From a virus (Duplodnaviria; Caudoviricetes), in the IMG/VR virus record IMGVR_UViG_3300024322_000001: a DNA stretch of 64,000 nt. One strand, given 5' to 3'. The notes beneath the pieces are model-generated. The model was given only the letters and a program-made list of their open reading frames with translations, was not told the origin of the DNA and did no database searches. Below are positions 36,754-46,476 of the stretch, one piece after another; the first letter of the stretch is position 1; each line of letters begins with the position of its first letter. The position numbers and the translations under genes are program-made.

Positions 36754-37443
36754 CTAATCTAAATCTCCTAAAGAGTTGAGAAAGTAATTAGCTATTTCAA
36801 TTCCATCTTCATCGTCTCTCTCTTCAAAGTATTCTAAGTATTGATCTGCAGAAAGAATAAGAGCTTGGACATCATCAATACCGTCTTTTCTAAACGGCTT
36901 AGTTCCCATTATAATTTTTCTTCCTTGAGGTGTAGACTTATACATATCGGTTAACTTTTTAGCTACTTTCAAGTATTTCGGATCTCCAGTCTCTGGTTGA
37001 TGTACAGGTTTCACTGGTTTACTTGCTTTTTTCCAAACTTTAACAGCTCGTGTAATCCACAAACGATTACCATAGTTGTCTAATCCATCAAAATATTTTA
37101 CTTCTCCATTTTCATCTTTTACTAAATCCCTTGTTCCTGTGTGACCAATTTTTTTAGTATGTGATTCTTTCCTTTTATTTTTATAATAATCTCTTACTTC
37201 TTCTTCTGAATTCAACTTCATAATTTCATCAGCATAGAATTGATAATCATACTTAGAATTGTACGGAACTGGGAATGCACGGCCGTAACTTTCATCTTCC
37301 CACTTAATCAGCGCTATTTGTTGAGGTGTTGCTCCTGAGATATTTACTGTATAATCTGCAATACCACTAGACGTATATGTATCTGCACTATTAGAAGTAA
37401 GTCTATTTTCTGTTAAGAATTTTCTTAAATCAAAGTTATTCAT
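36754..37443 (-). CDS. MNNF-leader cassette gene 1
   Basis: MNNFDLRKFLTENRLTSNS. Confidence 0.7.
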   Translation of the reverse strand: MNNFDLRKFLTENRLTSNSADTYTSSGIADYTVNISGATPQQIALIKWEDESYGRAFPVPYNSKYDYQFYADEIMKLNSEEEVRDYYKNKRKESHTKKIGHTGTRDLVKDENGEVKYFDGLDNYGNRLWITRAVKVWKKASKPVKPVHQPETGDPKYLKVAKKLTDMYKSTPQGRKIIMGTKPFRKDGIDDVQALILSADQYLEYFEERDDEDGIEIANYFLNSLGDLD

Positions 37444-37458
37444 TTTATTAATTTTATA

Positions 37459-39747
37459 TTAAGCTTCTGGATCTTCTCCTGGTTCTTCAAAGTCTATTGG
37501 TTCTCCGCCTAAGTCTGCACCTCCGGCATCATCTGCTGGTGCTTCATCTCCTCCAGCGTCTCCACCAAGAGCATCAACTCCTGCATCATCTCCTCCGCCT
37601 CCTGCATCAGAACCAGGGAAGTCGCCTCCTCCACCTCCACCGGAACTTCCAGTATCGGTATCAGCAGCTTCTGCATCTCCAGACCCGCCCATTGGTCCTT
37701 CTTTGTAAAGCCTAGCCAACTTATCTAAAGCTTGTTGATAATCATCTATCTTATCGATGTAATAGCGTTTACCTAGTATCTGAGCTTCAAATGCTGTTCC
37801 AGTCCACTTAAGAATATAAGATTGACCGTTTTTAATGTTCACCCTAAATGATGATGGTCTAGGCGAAATCCAGTCAATACTGGTTACAAATTCTTTAAAC
37901 TGATCAGTTTGTAGCTTGATTATAGCTTTTTTTAATGTTGGGAACTTCCCTAGTATAATATCTGTTGCATCCTCTAATATAGTCTCTTTAGGAGCATCCA
38001 TATCAGGTTCTTCTTCTGGTACTGTTTCTTCTTTTATTACTCCTTCTTGATAATACTCATCATCGTCGTAATCATCATAGTCATCGTAATCATCTTCTTC
38101 TTCAAATTCAGGCTCATAATCAAATATACCTCCTAAAGTATTCTTGGTGTACTCTCCTTCTTTTGACTCTATATAGTCTAAGATAGAAATTAGCACATCT
38201 TTGATTGTTTTTTCGTAATCAGTACCTTCTTTAAATATTTTTGCTACTACAGCTCTTAATGGATGATTTGCGTTAACTAAAAATGAGTGAGCAGGTCCGG
38301 CAGTTTCAATACCATATCCTGTAAAATATTCATCACCGTCGTTATAGTATCTATAAATAATTCTATTGATAGCTCTTAACATTTCACCTTCTACTGTTTC
38401 TGCATCTCCGTTTCCAGGTACTAACTTATCGTATAAAGGTTCGTTTCTATCTTCTAATTCTTTACCTACAAATTCAGTAACTACATCTTCAGTAGTATAA
38501 GCATCGTATCTATCTTGATCACTTTGTGCTGCATTTAGCATATCGTTTAGGTCATGATCTTTTTGGAAAGCAGAATTTTTTAAAGTTACTGCGTTAGGTA
38601 AATCATCTCCTCTACCTATGTGGAGTTCAAAATCCTGTCCTTCTTTATAGTTAGATTGTAAATGATCAACTACATCCTGTATTCTATCTAAATCGTACCC
38701 AAAGGTAACTAATTCCTCATATGCTTCATTTATCTTTCCTACTGCTTGATCATACGACATATTCTTGTTATATACTGATGCTGCTTTTTCAATAGCATTA
38801 TCAATCTTATTTAATTGATCACCGTACATATCAGCTACTGGTCCTCCTGTTGGTTCGATTTCTGGATCGTTTTCCATATCGCTCATTACTTGAGCTCTTT
38901 TAATCTTTAACTTACGAACAATCTCTCTTGCTTTCTCTTCTTTTCTTTGTCCGCTAGCATATGCTCTTGCAGCTGCTTTGCCTTCAGGAGATTTTTTATA
39001 AGCGTCTAATTTTTTCATATCATCAGCTCTCATCTTAGCAACTCTTGCTCTCATAAGAACTGGATCGTTATAGTCTAATGCTTCTTGTACAGGTTTTACT
39101 CTGTCGCTAGGAAATCTTTTAACTGTGCTACCGTCGAATCGTACAAAGGTTTTGTCACCTTCTACTTTTTCAACAGAACCAGTACCGAACATTCTACCGT
39201 CTTTATCGTATACATGAACTAAGTCATAATGATCGTTGATACCTTCTTCTATTGAAGTAAAAGCTTTCTCAATACCTTCCATCATTCTCTGCATCTTAAG
39301 CAGATTATACTGTTCAGGTCTCTCTGTTCTTAAGTATCTTTGTAATTTTCTGAAATTAGTTCTGGTTAACTCGAAAAACTCTCTAGCTGCTTCATCTTTT
39401 CTAATATCATCAGACCCCATTAACTTTTTAATATCGCCTATAATATCTGAGAAATTTTTATAAAGAGAACCAAATGAAGGTAGTGTTATTACCTTATGTC
39501 CAATAGTACCTGTTGTAGTATTTTTCTCTGAAGCTTTAAAGTATGTTGACATATCACTACTAAAGAAATCGTGTTTACCATCAAACTTTGGTTCACCATA
39601 CCTTTTGACGATACCTGCTCTTTGCTTATCCGTAAGATCCTCCCATTGAGTAGTTCTGTTACCAGTCTCTTTTTCAATTTGAGCTTTTGACATTTCATCA
39701 ATGACTTCGCTGTACGATTCTAATATTAGTTTTTCAAGCTTATGCAT
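37459..39747 (-). CDS. Modular polyprotein-like head-internal protein
   Basis: MHKLEKLILE leader; IDE, IEE, VQE, INE, VTE, IKE, ILE junctions; Gly/Asp-rich tail. Confidence 0.6.
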   Translation of the reverse strand: MHKLEKLILESYSEVIDEMSKAQIEKETGNRTTQWEDLTDKQRAGIVKRYGEPKFDGKHDFFSSDMSTYFKASEKNTTTGTIGHKVITLPSFGSLYKNFSDIIGDIKKLMGSDDIRKDEAAREFFELTRTNFRKLQRYLRTERPEQYNLLKMQRMMEGIEKAFTSIEEGINDHYDLVHVYDKDGRMFGTGSVEKVEGDKTFVRFDGSTVKRFPSDRVKPVQEALDYNDPVLMRARVAKMRADDMKKLDAYKKSPEGKAAARAYASGQRKEEKAREIVRKLKIKRAQVMSDMENDPEIEPTGGPVADMYGDQLNKIDNAIEKAASVYNKNMSYDQAVGKINEAYEELVTFGYDLDRIQDVVDHLQSNYKEGQDFELHIGRGDDLPNAVTLKNSAFQKDHDLNDMLNAAQSDQDRYDAYTTEDVVTEFVGKELEDRNEPLYDKLVPGNGDAETVEGEMLRAINRIIYRYYNDGDEYFTGYGIETAGPAHSFLVNANHPLRAVVAKIFKEGTDYEKTIKDVLISILDYIESKEGEYTKNTLGGIFDYEPEFEEEDDYDDYDDYDDDEYYQEGVIKEETVPEEEPDMDAPKETILEDATDIILGKFPTLKKAIIKLQTDQFKEFVTSIDWISPRPSSFRVNIKNGQSYILKWTGTAFEAQILGKRYYIDKIDDYQQALDKLARLYKEGPMGGSGDAEAADTDTGSSGGGGGGDFPGSDAGGGGDDAGVDALGGDAGGDEAPADDAGGADLGGEPIDFEEPGEDPEA

Positions 39748-39750
39748 ATC

Positions 39751-42700
39751 TTATTTATTTCTACAGTGAGACTTTCCTTTTAAAAAAGGTCTTTTACAGT
39801 TTCCTTTAACATGTACTCTACCGCATTTACCGCAGCATGTTGCTCCTTCAGTTAATTCGTCCTTGTTTACTAAGGTTAATTTAAAAGAGTCATGTAAGCC
39901 AGTTTTCCTTTTACCTGGTTTGCCGTTAATAACTCTAACATAAGCATCATGTCTTCCAACTTTTCCATCTACTCTTTGATAAATATTACCGTGTTGATTT
40001 TTAACATAATCTCCAGGCATAATTTGACCTCCTTTAGCTTCGTTTATATCAGCATCTAATTCAAACTTCTTAAATTTATTTAAATCGTTTAAACTTTTCA
40101 ATTCAACTCTTTTGCCGTCATTATCTAATCCGTAAATATTACCATCATACTTACCCATTCCATCAGAACGTTTACCTGCTAATTTTTGTTTTAATTCAGC
40201 TCCTGCTCTACGTTTAGATACTGATGAAGTCATTCCTAGGTCTTGTCTAGTAGCTTCTTCCATATGCCTCTTTCCTAGTCCAGGTAAGTTTCTTAGATCT
40301 TGTACATATTGATCTGTTTTAACTAAAATAGTACCTAAATTATGACCCTCATCATTTTCATCTACTTTCATTAAGGTAATTTCTGATACGCCAGGATTAA
40401 AGTCTGGATCTTTATCTTTAAAGTTACTATTGTAGTATTGTTTTTGATGCATTCTATATTTTTGACCTTCATGCTCTAAATTATGATATTGCATGTGAAC
40501 AAACATTGGTGCGTATTGACCCATTCTAGCTTTGATACCACTCTTATCATGTTTCTTTAAAGCTTCAAATGCATCGTTTTCACTAGCTACCCCTTTAGGT
40601 AATAGATCTGCAAATAATTGTTTACCGAACATATCAGGCGCTCTTTTGTTAGCATCGTCGATTACTTCTGAACCTTTAAATCTATCATCAGTAAATTCTT
40701 TTAATACTGATTCGTTAGTATATACTTCTCCGTCTTCGATTTCATATCCTTCTTCTTCTAATCTGTCTACAAAGCCTCCTAGAGTGACATCGTATCTATT
40801 ACCTGAATACATGTTATTAAAAGCACCGTAAGCATCTAATCTTGATAGCTCGTTAGGAAATGTATGTCTAACTACTTCTCTTGCTTCTTCTCCTTTAGAC
40901 TCGATTTCATCGATTAAATCTCTTAACTCTCTAATTGCATCTTGAACTTCGTCTTCAGTAACTTCTGTTAGTTCCTGACTATGGTGTGTACCGGCTACTG
41001 CTCTTTCTAATTCAGCTTCTAGTTTCTTTTTAGTTATAGTAAGAGATCTAAGTTGGTCAACAACTGATTTATCACCTGCTTTGTATTTCTTAGCAAGATC
41101 TTTCATTATACTAATTACCTTACCGTAAGCTGTTTGAATCTTAGCAGCGGATGCTTCGTCCATATTTTTACGTCTAGGTATTTGAGTTGACATATCCTTT
41201 AAGTCACCTTGTACCGATTGCATTGCTCTAGCTAATGTTGAAAACTCTTCTGCAGGAACATGAATATAATCCCCACCGTAAGTAATCTGTACCATTAATC
41301 CTCTTTTACCGCCAGAGAATCTTTTTATATTGATACCATTTTTATCATATAATTCAGTACCTTCATTCATTGCATGCTCTAAAGCTAGTTTATCAATAAG
41401 AGGTTGTTTTTCTTCTGAATCTAAATAATGGTAAGCTGCAGACATATAGTCTCTAGCTAAGATTAATTTCTTTTGCCACCAGTTAGGAAAATCTACTTCT
41501 CCATCTACTTGATCATATTGAGCTAATTTCTTTGCTAATTTAGCAGCATAAGTAGCTGTTTCAAAAGCAGATGACTTTAACATACTAGGCTCATCATCTT
41601 GATGTCCTATGTCTAAATCTTCTCCTAAAGGTCTTCCGTCATCATCATATGCTACTCCATGATCTTCTTCATCATCTTTCTGTTCTTGATCAGGATCGTA
41701 GTTTTCATCCATATCAGCAGATGAATCTACTACTGTGATATCGTTAGCTCGTAAATCCATTACTACATCGTACATAAATGCACTTGGATCTTCATCTGGT
41801 TCTTGGTAGAATTCTGGGTTTTCTTTTCCTTCTGGATCGTCGTACATATCGTCAAATCCATATTCGTGTCTAAATACAAAGTATATAATTACATTTCCAG
41901 CTCCGTCATTGTCAACAACCTCCATTTTAACATAAGTTGGATCTACATTTTGATCTAAGATAGACATAGCTTTCTTATAATCTCCTCTAGATACTTTTAA
42001 GTAGTGGTGATCGTCTCCTTCTCCTTCTTTAACTCCTACTTTATCTCTTTTGGCAAATACCTTTTCTTTATCTTTATCAGATAATTTACTGAAGCTTACA
42101 CCATCGAATTCACGATGTGCAATTAAATCTAATCTATCTTCTTCTTCGTGGCTTAATTTTCTGCCTTTGAAATTATACTCTTCAGATAATGATTTAAAGT
42201 GTTTTAATAGTTCATTTGCTAGTACATCCCTGTTAATGATTGCCTCTCCCGAAGGTTTAACACCTACCTCTACTAATTCTTTATCGAAGGAAAAATCTAC
42301 TAAATGTAATGCATCATCTATAATATAGAAAGAGAATTCATCCATATTACCTTCTGCTTTATACTCTACGTGTATATCAAAGCTGTTTGGCTCTATATGA
42401 TGAGCTTTCATTGATTCTAACTCATCTCCACCTTTCTTTAACGCTATAGCTAAAGATTTACCTACTTCTTTTGCTATCTTCTTAGTTTCGTTTTGATCAA
42501 ACTCTACTCCGTTATTTTTCTTAAAAAGACTATTTTCTTTAACTTCTTCTCCTGCTGCTGTCTTTATCTTATCGACATCATCGGAAGATTTAAGTGCAGT
42601 AACTTCGTCATCTGATAGTTTAGCTAATGTAGGTTTACCTCCTTTTGGTGTGAGTAGGTAGGATTCTTCTTCTTTAAGTATTTTTTTATATTTCTTGATG

Positions 42701-42837
42701 CTTTCTTTAAGTACTTTAATTACTTTGTTTACATCTTTAGAATCGCCTTTGTCCTTAGTAGACACTCCTTTGGTTTGTATTAACTCTAAAGTCACTTGAC
42801 ATTTGTTAAGGCGCTTTTTTATTTCCTCGTAGTTCAT
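39751..42837 (-). CDS. Modular polyprotein-like head-internal protein with C-terminal Cys/His cluster
   Basis: About 12 [ILVM]xE junctions; ends CCGKCGRVH...C...HC; TATTTATA at 42867..42874. Confidence 0.6.
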   Translation of the reverse strand: MNYEEIKKRLNKCQVTLELIQTKGVSTKDKGDSKDVNKVIKVLKESIKKYKKILKEEESYLLTPKGGKPTLAKLSDDEVTALKSSDDVDKIKTAAGEEVKENSLFKKNNGVEFDQNETKKIAKEVGKSLAIALKKGGDELESMKAHHIEPNSFDIHVEYKAEGNMDEFSFYIIDDALHLVDFSFDKELVEVGVKPSGEAIINRDVLANELLKHFKSLSEEYNFKGRKLSHEEEDRLDLIAHREFDGVSFSKLSDKDKEKVFAKRDKVGVKEGEGDDHHYLKVSRGDYKKAMSILDQNVDPTYVKMEVVDNDGAGNVIIYFVFRHEYGFDDMYDDPEGKENPEFYQEPDEDPSAFMYDVVMDLRANDITVVDSSADMDENYDPDQEQKDDEEDHGVAYDDDGRPLGEDLDIGHQDDEPSMLKSSAFETATYAAKLAKKLAQYDQVDGEVDFPNWWQKKLILARDYMSAAYHYLDSEEKQPLIDKLALEHAMNEGTELYDKNGINIKRFSGGKRGLMVQITYGGDYIHVPAEEFSTLARAMQSVQGDLKDMSTQIPRRKNMDEASAAKIQTAYGKVISIMKDLAKKYKAGDKSVVDQLRSLTITKKKLEAELERAVAGTHHSQELTEVTEDEVQDAIRELRDLIDEIESKGEEAREVVRHTFPNELSRLDAYGAFNNMYSGNRYDVTLGGFVDRLEEEGYEIEDGEVYTNESVLKEFTDDRFKGSEVIDDANKRAPDMFGKQLFADLLPKGVASENDAFEALKKHDKSGIKARMGQYAPMFVHMQYHNLEHEGQKYRMHQKQYYNSNFKDKDPDFNPGVSEITLMKVDENDEGHNLGTILVKTDQYVQDLRNLPGLGKRHMEEATRQDLGMTSSVSKRRAGAELKQKLAGKRSDGMGKYDGNIYGLDNDGKRVELKSLNDLNKFKKFELDADINEAKGGQIMPGDYVKNQHGNIYQRVDGKVGRHDAYVRVINGKPGKRKTGLHDSFKLTLVNKDELTEGATCCGKCGRVHVKGNCKRPFLKGKSHCRNK

Positions 42838-42876
42838 ATAATATAAATTTTATATACGTATATAATTATAAATAGA

Positions 42877-43506
42877 TCAATTACTCCAAATAACGTTTTT
42901 GAATTTCTCAGGAGAGAGACCAAAATAGTTAGTTCTCCATTGAGTCTGTTCAAAAAAATCTAAGTCGTACCACTGGTCACGTATACTCCATAAAGACTTT
43001 GCTACATCGTCCCAATCTAATTTAAGAATAAATTCTTCAATTTCCAACTTTTTTTCAATAACTGCATCATAGTCAAAGCTATCCCATTCATAATGGAATA
43101 CTTCAAATACTGCATCTTTAGAAACATAATCTATTGATATATCGATTCCCCATTTAGGTTTCATTTTCACAAGTTTATATAACATCGGATTATATTCCTG
43201 AGCAATTGCTTCGATTTGTTCTTTAGCTACAGATTTAAATCCTTTTCTTTCAAATAAATCAGAATGATTAATATGAGCACCGTCTTTCTTATCCCAGGTA
43301 AACCAATCGTACCTCATACAATCTTCATGGCGACGTTCGAATTGTTTATAACCATTACAAACCAAAAAAGCCTGTTCGGCTTTTGTTAAGTGGTAACCAT
43401 TTTGGTCAAATAAATCTACAGAGTTAGTATTTTTTAAAACGTCTATGTCTTCTGTTGGGTCTAAAAAATAAGCTTCCTTATGTAGTTTATTATCTGATAA
43501 TATCAT
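42877..43506 (-). CDS. Hypothetical protein
   Basis: 209-aa ORF in operon; FDQNGY and PKWGIDISIDY look like conserved motifs but were not assigned. Confidence 0.6.
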   Translation of the reverse strand: MILSDNKLHKEAYFLDPTEDIDVLKNTNSVDLFDQNGYHLTKAEQAFLVCNGYKQFERRHEDCMRYDWFTWDKKDGAHINHSDLFERKGFKSVAKEQIEAIAQEYNPMLYKLVKMKPKWGIDISIDYVSKDAVFEVFHYEWDSFDYDAVIEKKLEIEEFILKLDWDDVAKSLWSIRDQWYDLDFFEQTQWRTNYFGLSPEKFKNVIWSN

Positions 43507-43724
43507 TTTTTACCTGATTTCATATTAGCGCACCAGTGATACATCTTACCTTTTTCTCCTCCGTACTTTTTTGCTTTCGCTCTTAACGAAGTAACTGAAC
43601 CTTTACAGGAGGCTCCTGATTTTTTAACTCTACCGGGTTTAGACTTACCTTTAACTTTACCGTCTTTAAAGTTTTCTACGGTAAGTACTTCTCTTATTAA
43701 TTCTGTAAGTTGAGTTCTAGTCAT
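43503..43724 (-). CDS. Small basic leader-bearing protein
   Basis: MTRTQLTELIREVLTVE then a Lys-rich domain ending HWCANM. Confidence 0.6.
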   Translation of the reverse strand: MTRTQLTELIREVLTVENFKDGKVKGKSKPGRVKKSGASCKGSVTSLRAKAKKYGGEKGKMYHWCANMKSGKK

Positions 43725-44130
43725 TTCTTTCTTGCCAATCCAGTGATACTTCGTTCTTTGTAATCGGTCCTCCTTTAGCCCATGTTCTACAACTACGAGC
43801 AGAGTGACATTTAAAATGATGCATCCAGCAGTACCCTAATCTACCTTCATCATCAGAAGTAACTCCTGGCATACAATCGTCCATTCTAGGAGAAATGTCA
43901 AAAGCAACACAGTTACTACAATTAGTTCCTTTTGCTGCTTCTTCAGTTGTATTCCAGTATTTAGCTATATCTTTCCAATAACTACCAGGTTCAGATACAT
44001 TTAAAGGACCATATTGAATATGCTCTGCTTTGATAGCTGAATCTCTATTTTTAGTATTGAGTTCGAGATCTTGAGTGGCTGCTGGGCATGCTTCTCTTTT
44101 CATCTCTTTTAAAATTCTACTAAGTTTCAT
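43717..44130 (-). CDS. Cys-rich metal-binding (HiPIP-like pattern) protein with leader
   Basis: Likely start MKLSRILKE at 44130; CSNC...GYC...FKC...CRTW. Confidence 0.5.
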   Translation of the reverse strand: MKLSRILKEMKREACPAATQDLELNTKNRDSAIKAEHIQYGPLNVSEPGSYWKDIAKYWNTTEEAAKGTNCSNCVAFDISPRMDDCMPGVTSDDEGRLGYCWMHHFKCHSARSCRTWAKGGPITKNEVSLDWQERND

Positions 44131-44131
44131 A

Positions 44132-44974
44132 TTACTTCTTTTTCCAGATTTCACCTCTTCTACATCTAACTACTGCTCCTGAAGCATAAGCTGATGGCCA
44201 TGTATCGTATTTACTTTTAGCTAATCTAGTACATCTATCGTCTTTCTCCATTAGTACCTCGTTAGTCCCAATGAACTTTATAATATCATCATTCTGATCT
44301 GCCCAAGCTAGTGCTCTTTCAGGGTCTTCATAGTACATGTCCTCAAAAACATCTAAAAGCTCGTTTGCAGTTTTGTAAACTGCTAAGTTGTCTGGGCTGC
44401 GCTGTAATCCGTGGTGTCCTAATTGATTTAAATCAGTAAATAAATCATCTGATGGAAGGTACCTATAATAAGGTCCTTTTTTTAATACCTTAAAGTTAGT
44501 ATTTTGCATTTCATGTACCATTCCAACCACTAAGTTTTGAATATCTTCTTTTGTCTGTTTCTTCCAATCAAAACCTGTGCCTTTAATTGTAGAACCAGCT
44601 TTAGGATCTGAACCGGCAAATTTGTCCGCTTCTTTTCTATCTTTTGTCGCTTGTGACATTGGCCATTTATAATTACTGCCTTGATGTTTACCTTTATACT
44701 CTTCTTTTTTTACTGTTGCTTTTTTTGTATTTTTCACGACTGTCTTTCCTTTTTTACCTGCCTTCTTTTTCTTAGCTGCGGTTGCTGCTCTTTCACCTTT
44801 AGTTAAACTTTGTGCTTTTGCTTTCGGTAAGCATCTATCAGGATTCTTCTTATTTTTAGAAGTACCGCATGGGCCAGCTATATTACCAGAAGAAGAGATG
44901 CGTACCCACTTCTCTTTCTTAAACCAGTCTCTTAAAGACTCTGATACTATATTTGCTATCTCCTTATTTGTCAT
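44132..44974 (-). CDS. Basic multi-module head-internal protein
   Basis: IVSE|SLRDWFKKEKWV...CLP module and LME|KDDRC...WPSAYASGAVVRC module, both types seen in aquatic T4-like phages. Confidence 0.55.
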   Translation of the reverse strand: MTNKEIANIVSESLRDWFKKEKWVRISSSGNIAGPCGTSKNKKNPDRCLPKAKAQSLTKGERAATAAKKKKAGKKGKTVVKNTKKATVKKEEYKGKHQGSNYKWPMSQATKDRKEADKFAGSDPKAGSTIKGTGFDWKKQTKEDIQNLVVGMVHEMQNTNFKVLKKGPYYRYLPSDDLFTDLNQLGHHGLQRSPDNLAVYKTANELLDVFEDMYYEDPERALAWADQNDDIIKFIGTNEVLMEKDDRCTRLAKSKYDTWPSAYASGAVVRCRRGEIWKKK

Positions 44975-45327
44975 TGCTGTTTTAATACTTCGGAAAGTAA
45001 TTTAATTATTACTCCTGCTAATCCTGTAAATAATATCCAAAGAGCTTTAGTTACACCTTCCTTCCATCTTTTAAGCTCTTCTACCTCTATCATCTTAGTA
45101 ACAAAGTCTTTATCACCTTGCTGCATTTTGCGTCTAAAAGCTGTGTTTTGATTAGTCTTTACTATAACACCATCTTCTGGGTTGAGTAGCGTATATTTGA
45201 GATCGGAGAGATCTTCTTTAAGACCTTCCATATCCTTTTGCATTTGGATAAGTTCTCCATTGGGCATGCTCTTCTTAATAGAGCTAAGTTCTTTGAGTAC
45301 TGACTCAAGTAGTTGCTTCTGTGTCAT
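44971..45327 (-). CDS. Coiled-coil protein with C-terminal transmembrane helix
   Basis: KALWILFTGLAGVIIKLL; TATTTATA at 45343..45350. Confidence 0.55.
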   Translation of the reverse strand: MTQKQLLESVLKELSSIKKSMPNGELIQMQKDMEGLKEDLSDLKYTLLNPEDGVIVKTNQNTAFRRKMQQGDKDFVTKMIEVEELKRWKEGVTKALWILFTGLAGVIIKLLSEVLKQQ

Positions 45328-45359
45328 CGATAAGACTTTAACTATAAATAGAGCTAATT

Positions 45360-45938
45360 TTACTTAGTATGGTCTTTAAGTAGGCTAATATAGTTTCTTA
45401 AGTCTTCAGTAATTCTACTTTTGTAATCTTTAGATACATCACCCCAATCTTCCTTGTCACCTGCTTCTGTAACCATTGAAATGTTATCCTGTAGGCTTTC
45501 TGTAACCCATGCTTCTAGGTTTACAATAAATGCTTCAATATTTCCTTTGGTCATTTGCTTTTCATACTCATCATAAAGACCTGCATGTTTCAAGCTTGTT
45601 TCATATACCACTACACAGTCTAAACAAAATCCATGTATCTTATACATTTTTTCATCTAAACGTTTTTTCATTCTAGTACCACACTTAGGGCAGCATAACG
45701 GCATTCTTATAGCTTTTTTGGCTTTATCTAACTTTGTAATATTCTGCTTAATGCCATTTTTTATAGTCCATTGCTTACCGCCTTCTTCCCAAATGTCACC
45801 TTCTTTGTAATGAGAGTATTTTTTTTGATATCCGGTTTGAGATTTAGTTTTTGCAGAGAAGTCTTTATTTACTATATTTCTAACTCTTTGTACATCTGCT
45901 TGCTTAAACTCTTTTTTAAGTAGAGATTCTTTACTCAT
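45360..45938 (-). CDS. Zn-finger-containing hypothetical protein
   Basis: CPKC...CLDC. Confidence 0.6.
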   Translation of the reverse strand: MSKESLLKKEFKQADVQRVRNIVNKDFSAKTKSQTGYQKKYSHYKEGDIWEEGGKQWTIKNGIKQNITKLDKAKKAIRMPLCCPKCGTRMKKRLDEKMYKIHGFCLDCVVVYETSLKHAGLYDEYEKQMTKGNIEAFIVNLEAWVTESLQDNISMVTEAGDKEDWGDVSKDYKSRITEDLRNYISLLKDHTK

Positions 45939-46476
45939 ATCCTAATTCTTTTAATCCTTCGATTGCAGGACCGATATCACCGCCTTTTACTCTAAAAGCT
46001 ATTCCACCAGAAGCAATCCATTCTTTTATATTTGATTTTTTATCGTCTATTAATATACTGTTAGGATTAGCGTACCTTTGTTTATCTGCTGAGTATGCAA
46101 ATATAACTTTAGGGTTAGGAGATAGATTGTCCTTAGCCCACATATTTTTACCCAGCCTAGATCCATTATCTCTAGAAGGGGAGGTAAGTAGTGATGGATT
46201 ATACTTAGAAATAAAGCTCCATAACTCTTGACCTCTTGGCATCCATGGCATTTTACTCCAAAACTTGATACCTACTTTTACGTCTATAAGATTCCAGAAT
46301 CCAGTGGTACCGTATTTATTTTCATACTCTTTAGGAGTCATTCCAGTGTAATGATCAAATCTACTTTCGAAGTCAGTTAATACTCCGTCCATATCGCAGT
46401 ATATTTTATACTTCGGTAATTCTTTTTTTTCCGGTATTGGATAAGCTTCCAATAAGTCTACTATACTATTTTTCAT
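45931..46476 (-). CDS. HAD 5'(3')-nucleotidase-like phosphatase
   Basis: IYCDMDGVLTDF, LLTSP, GKNMW, LIDD..NI..W...GG; leader MKNSIVDLLE. Confidence 0.8.
   Translation of the reverse strand: MKNSIVDLLEAYPIPEKKELPKYKIYCDMDGVLTDFESRFDHYTGMTPKEYENKYGTTGFWNLIDVKVGIKFWSKMPWMPRGQELWSFISKYNPSLLTSPSRDNGSRLGKNMWAKDNLSPNPKVIFAYSADKQRYANPNSILIDDKKSNIKEWIASGGIAFRVKGGDIGPAIEGLKELGYE

Larger units (their letters stand above)
36054..37443 (-). repeat. Repeated 55-65 bp gene-start block (4 copies ending at 36110, 36426, 36726, 37443; fifth at about 26585-26641)
   Basis: ATGAATAACTTT(G/A)A(T/C)(T/C)TAAGAAAATT(T/C)TTAAnnGAAAATA at each start; gene bodies are unrelated. Confidence 0.9.

Noticed and set aside
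35112-37443. Repeats considered as a CRISPR array, integron attC sites or DGR template/variable repeats
   Set aside because: The repeats are protein-coding gene starts with synonymous variation and spacing of 300-1000 bp. They are not palindromic, show no adenine-specific mismatch pattern, and no cas, integrase or reverse transcriptase gene is in the window.
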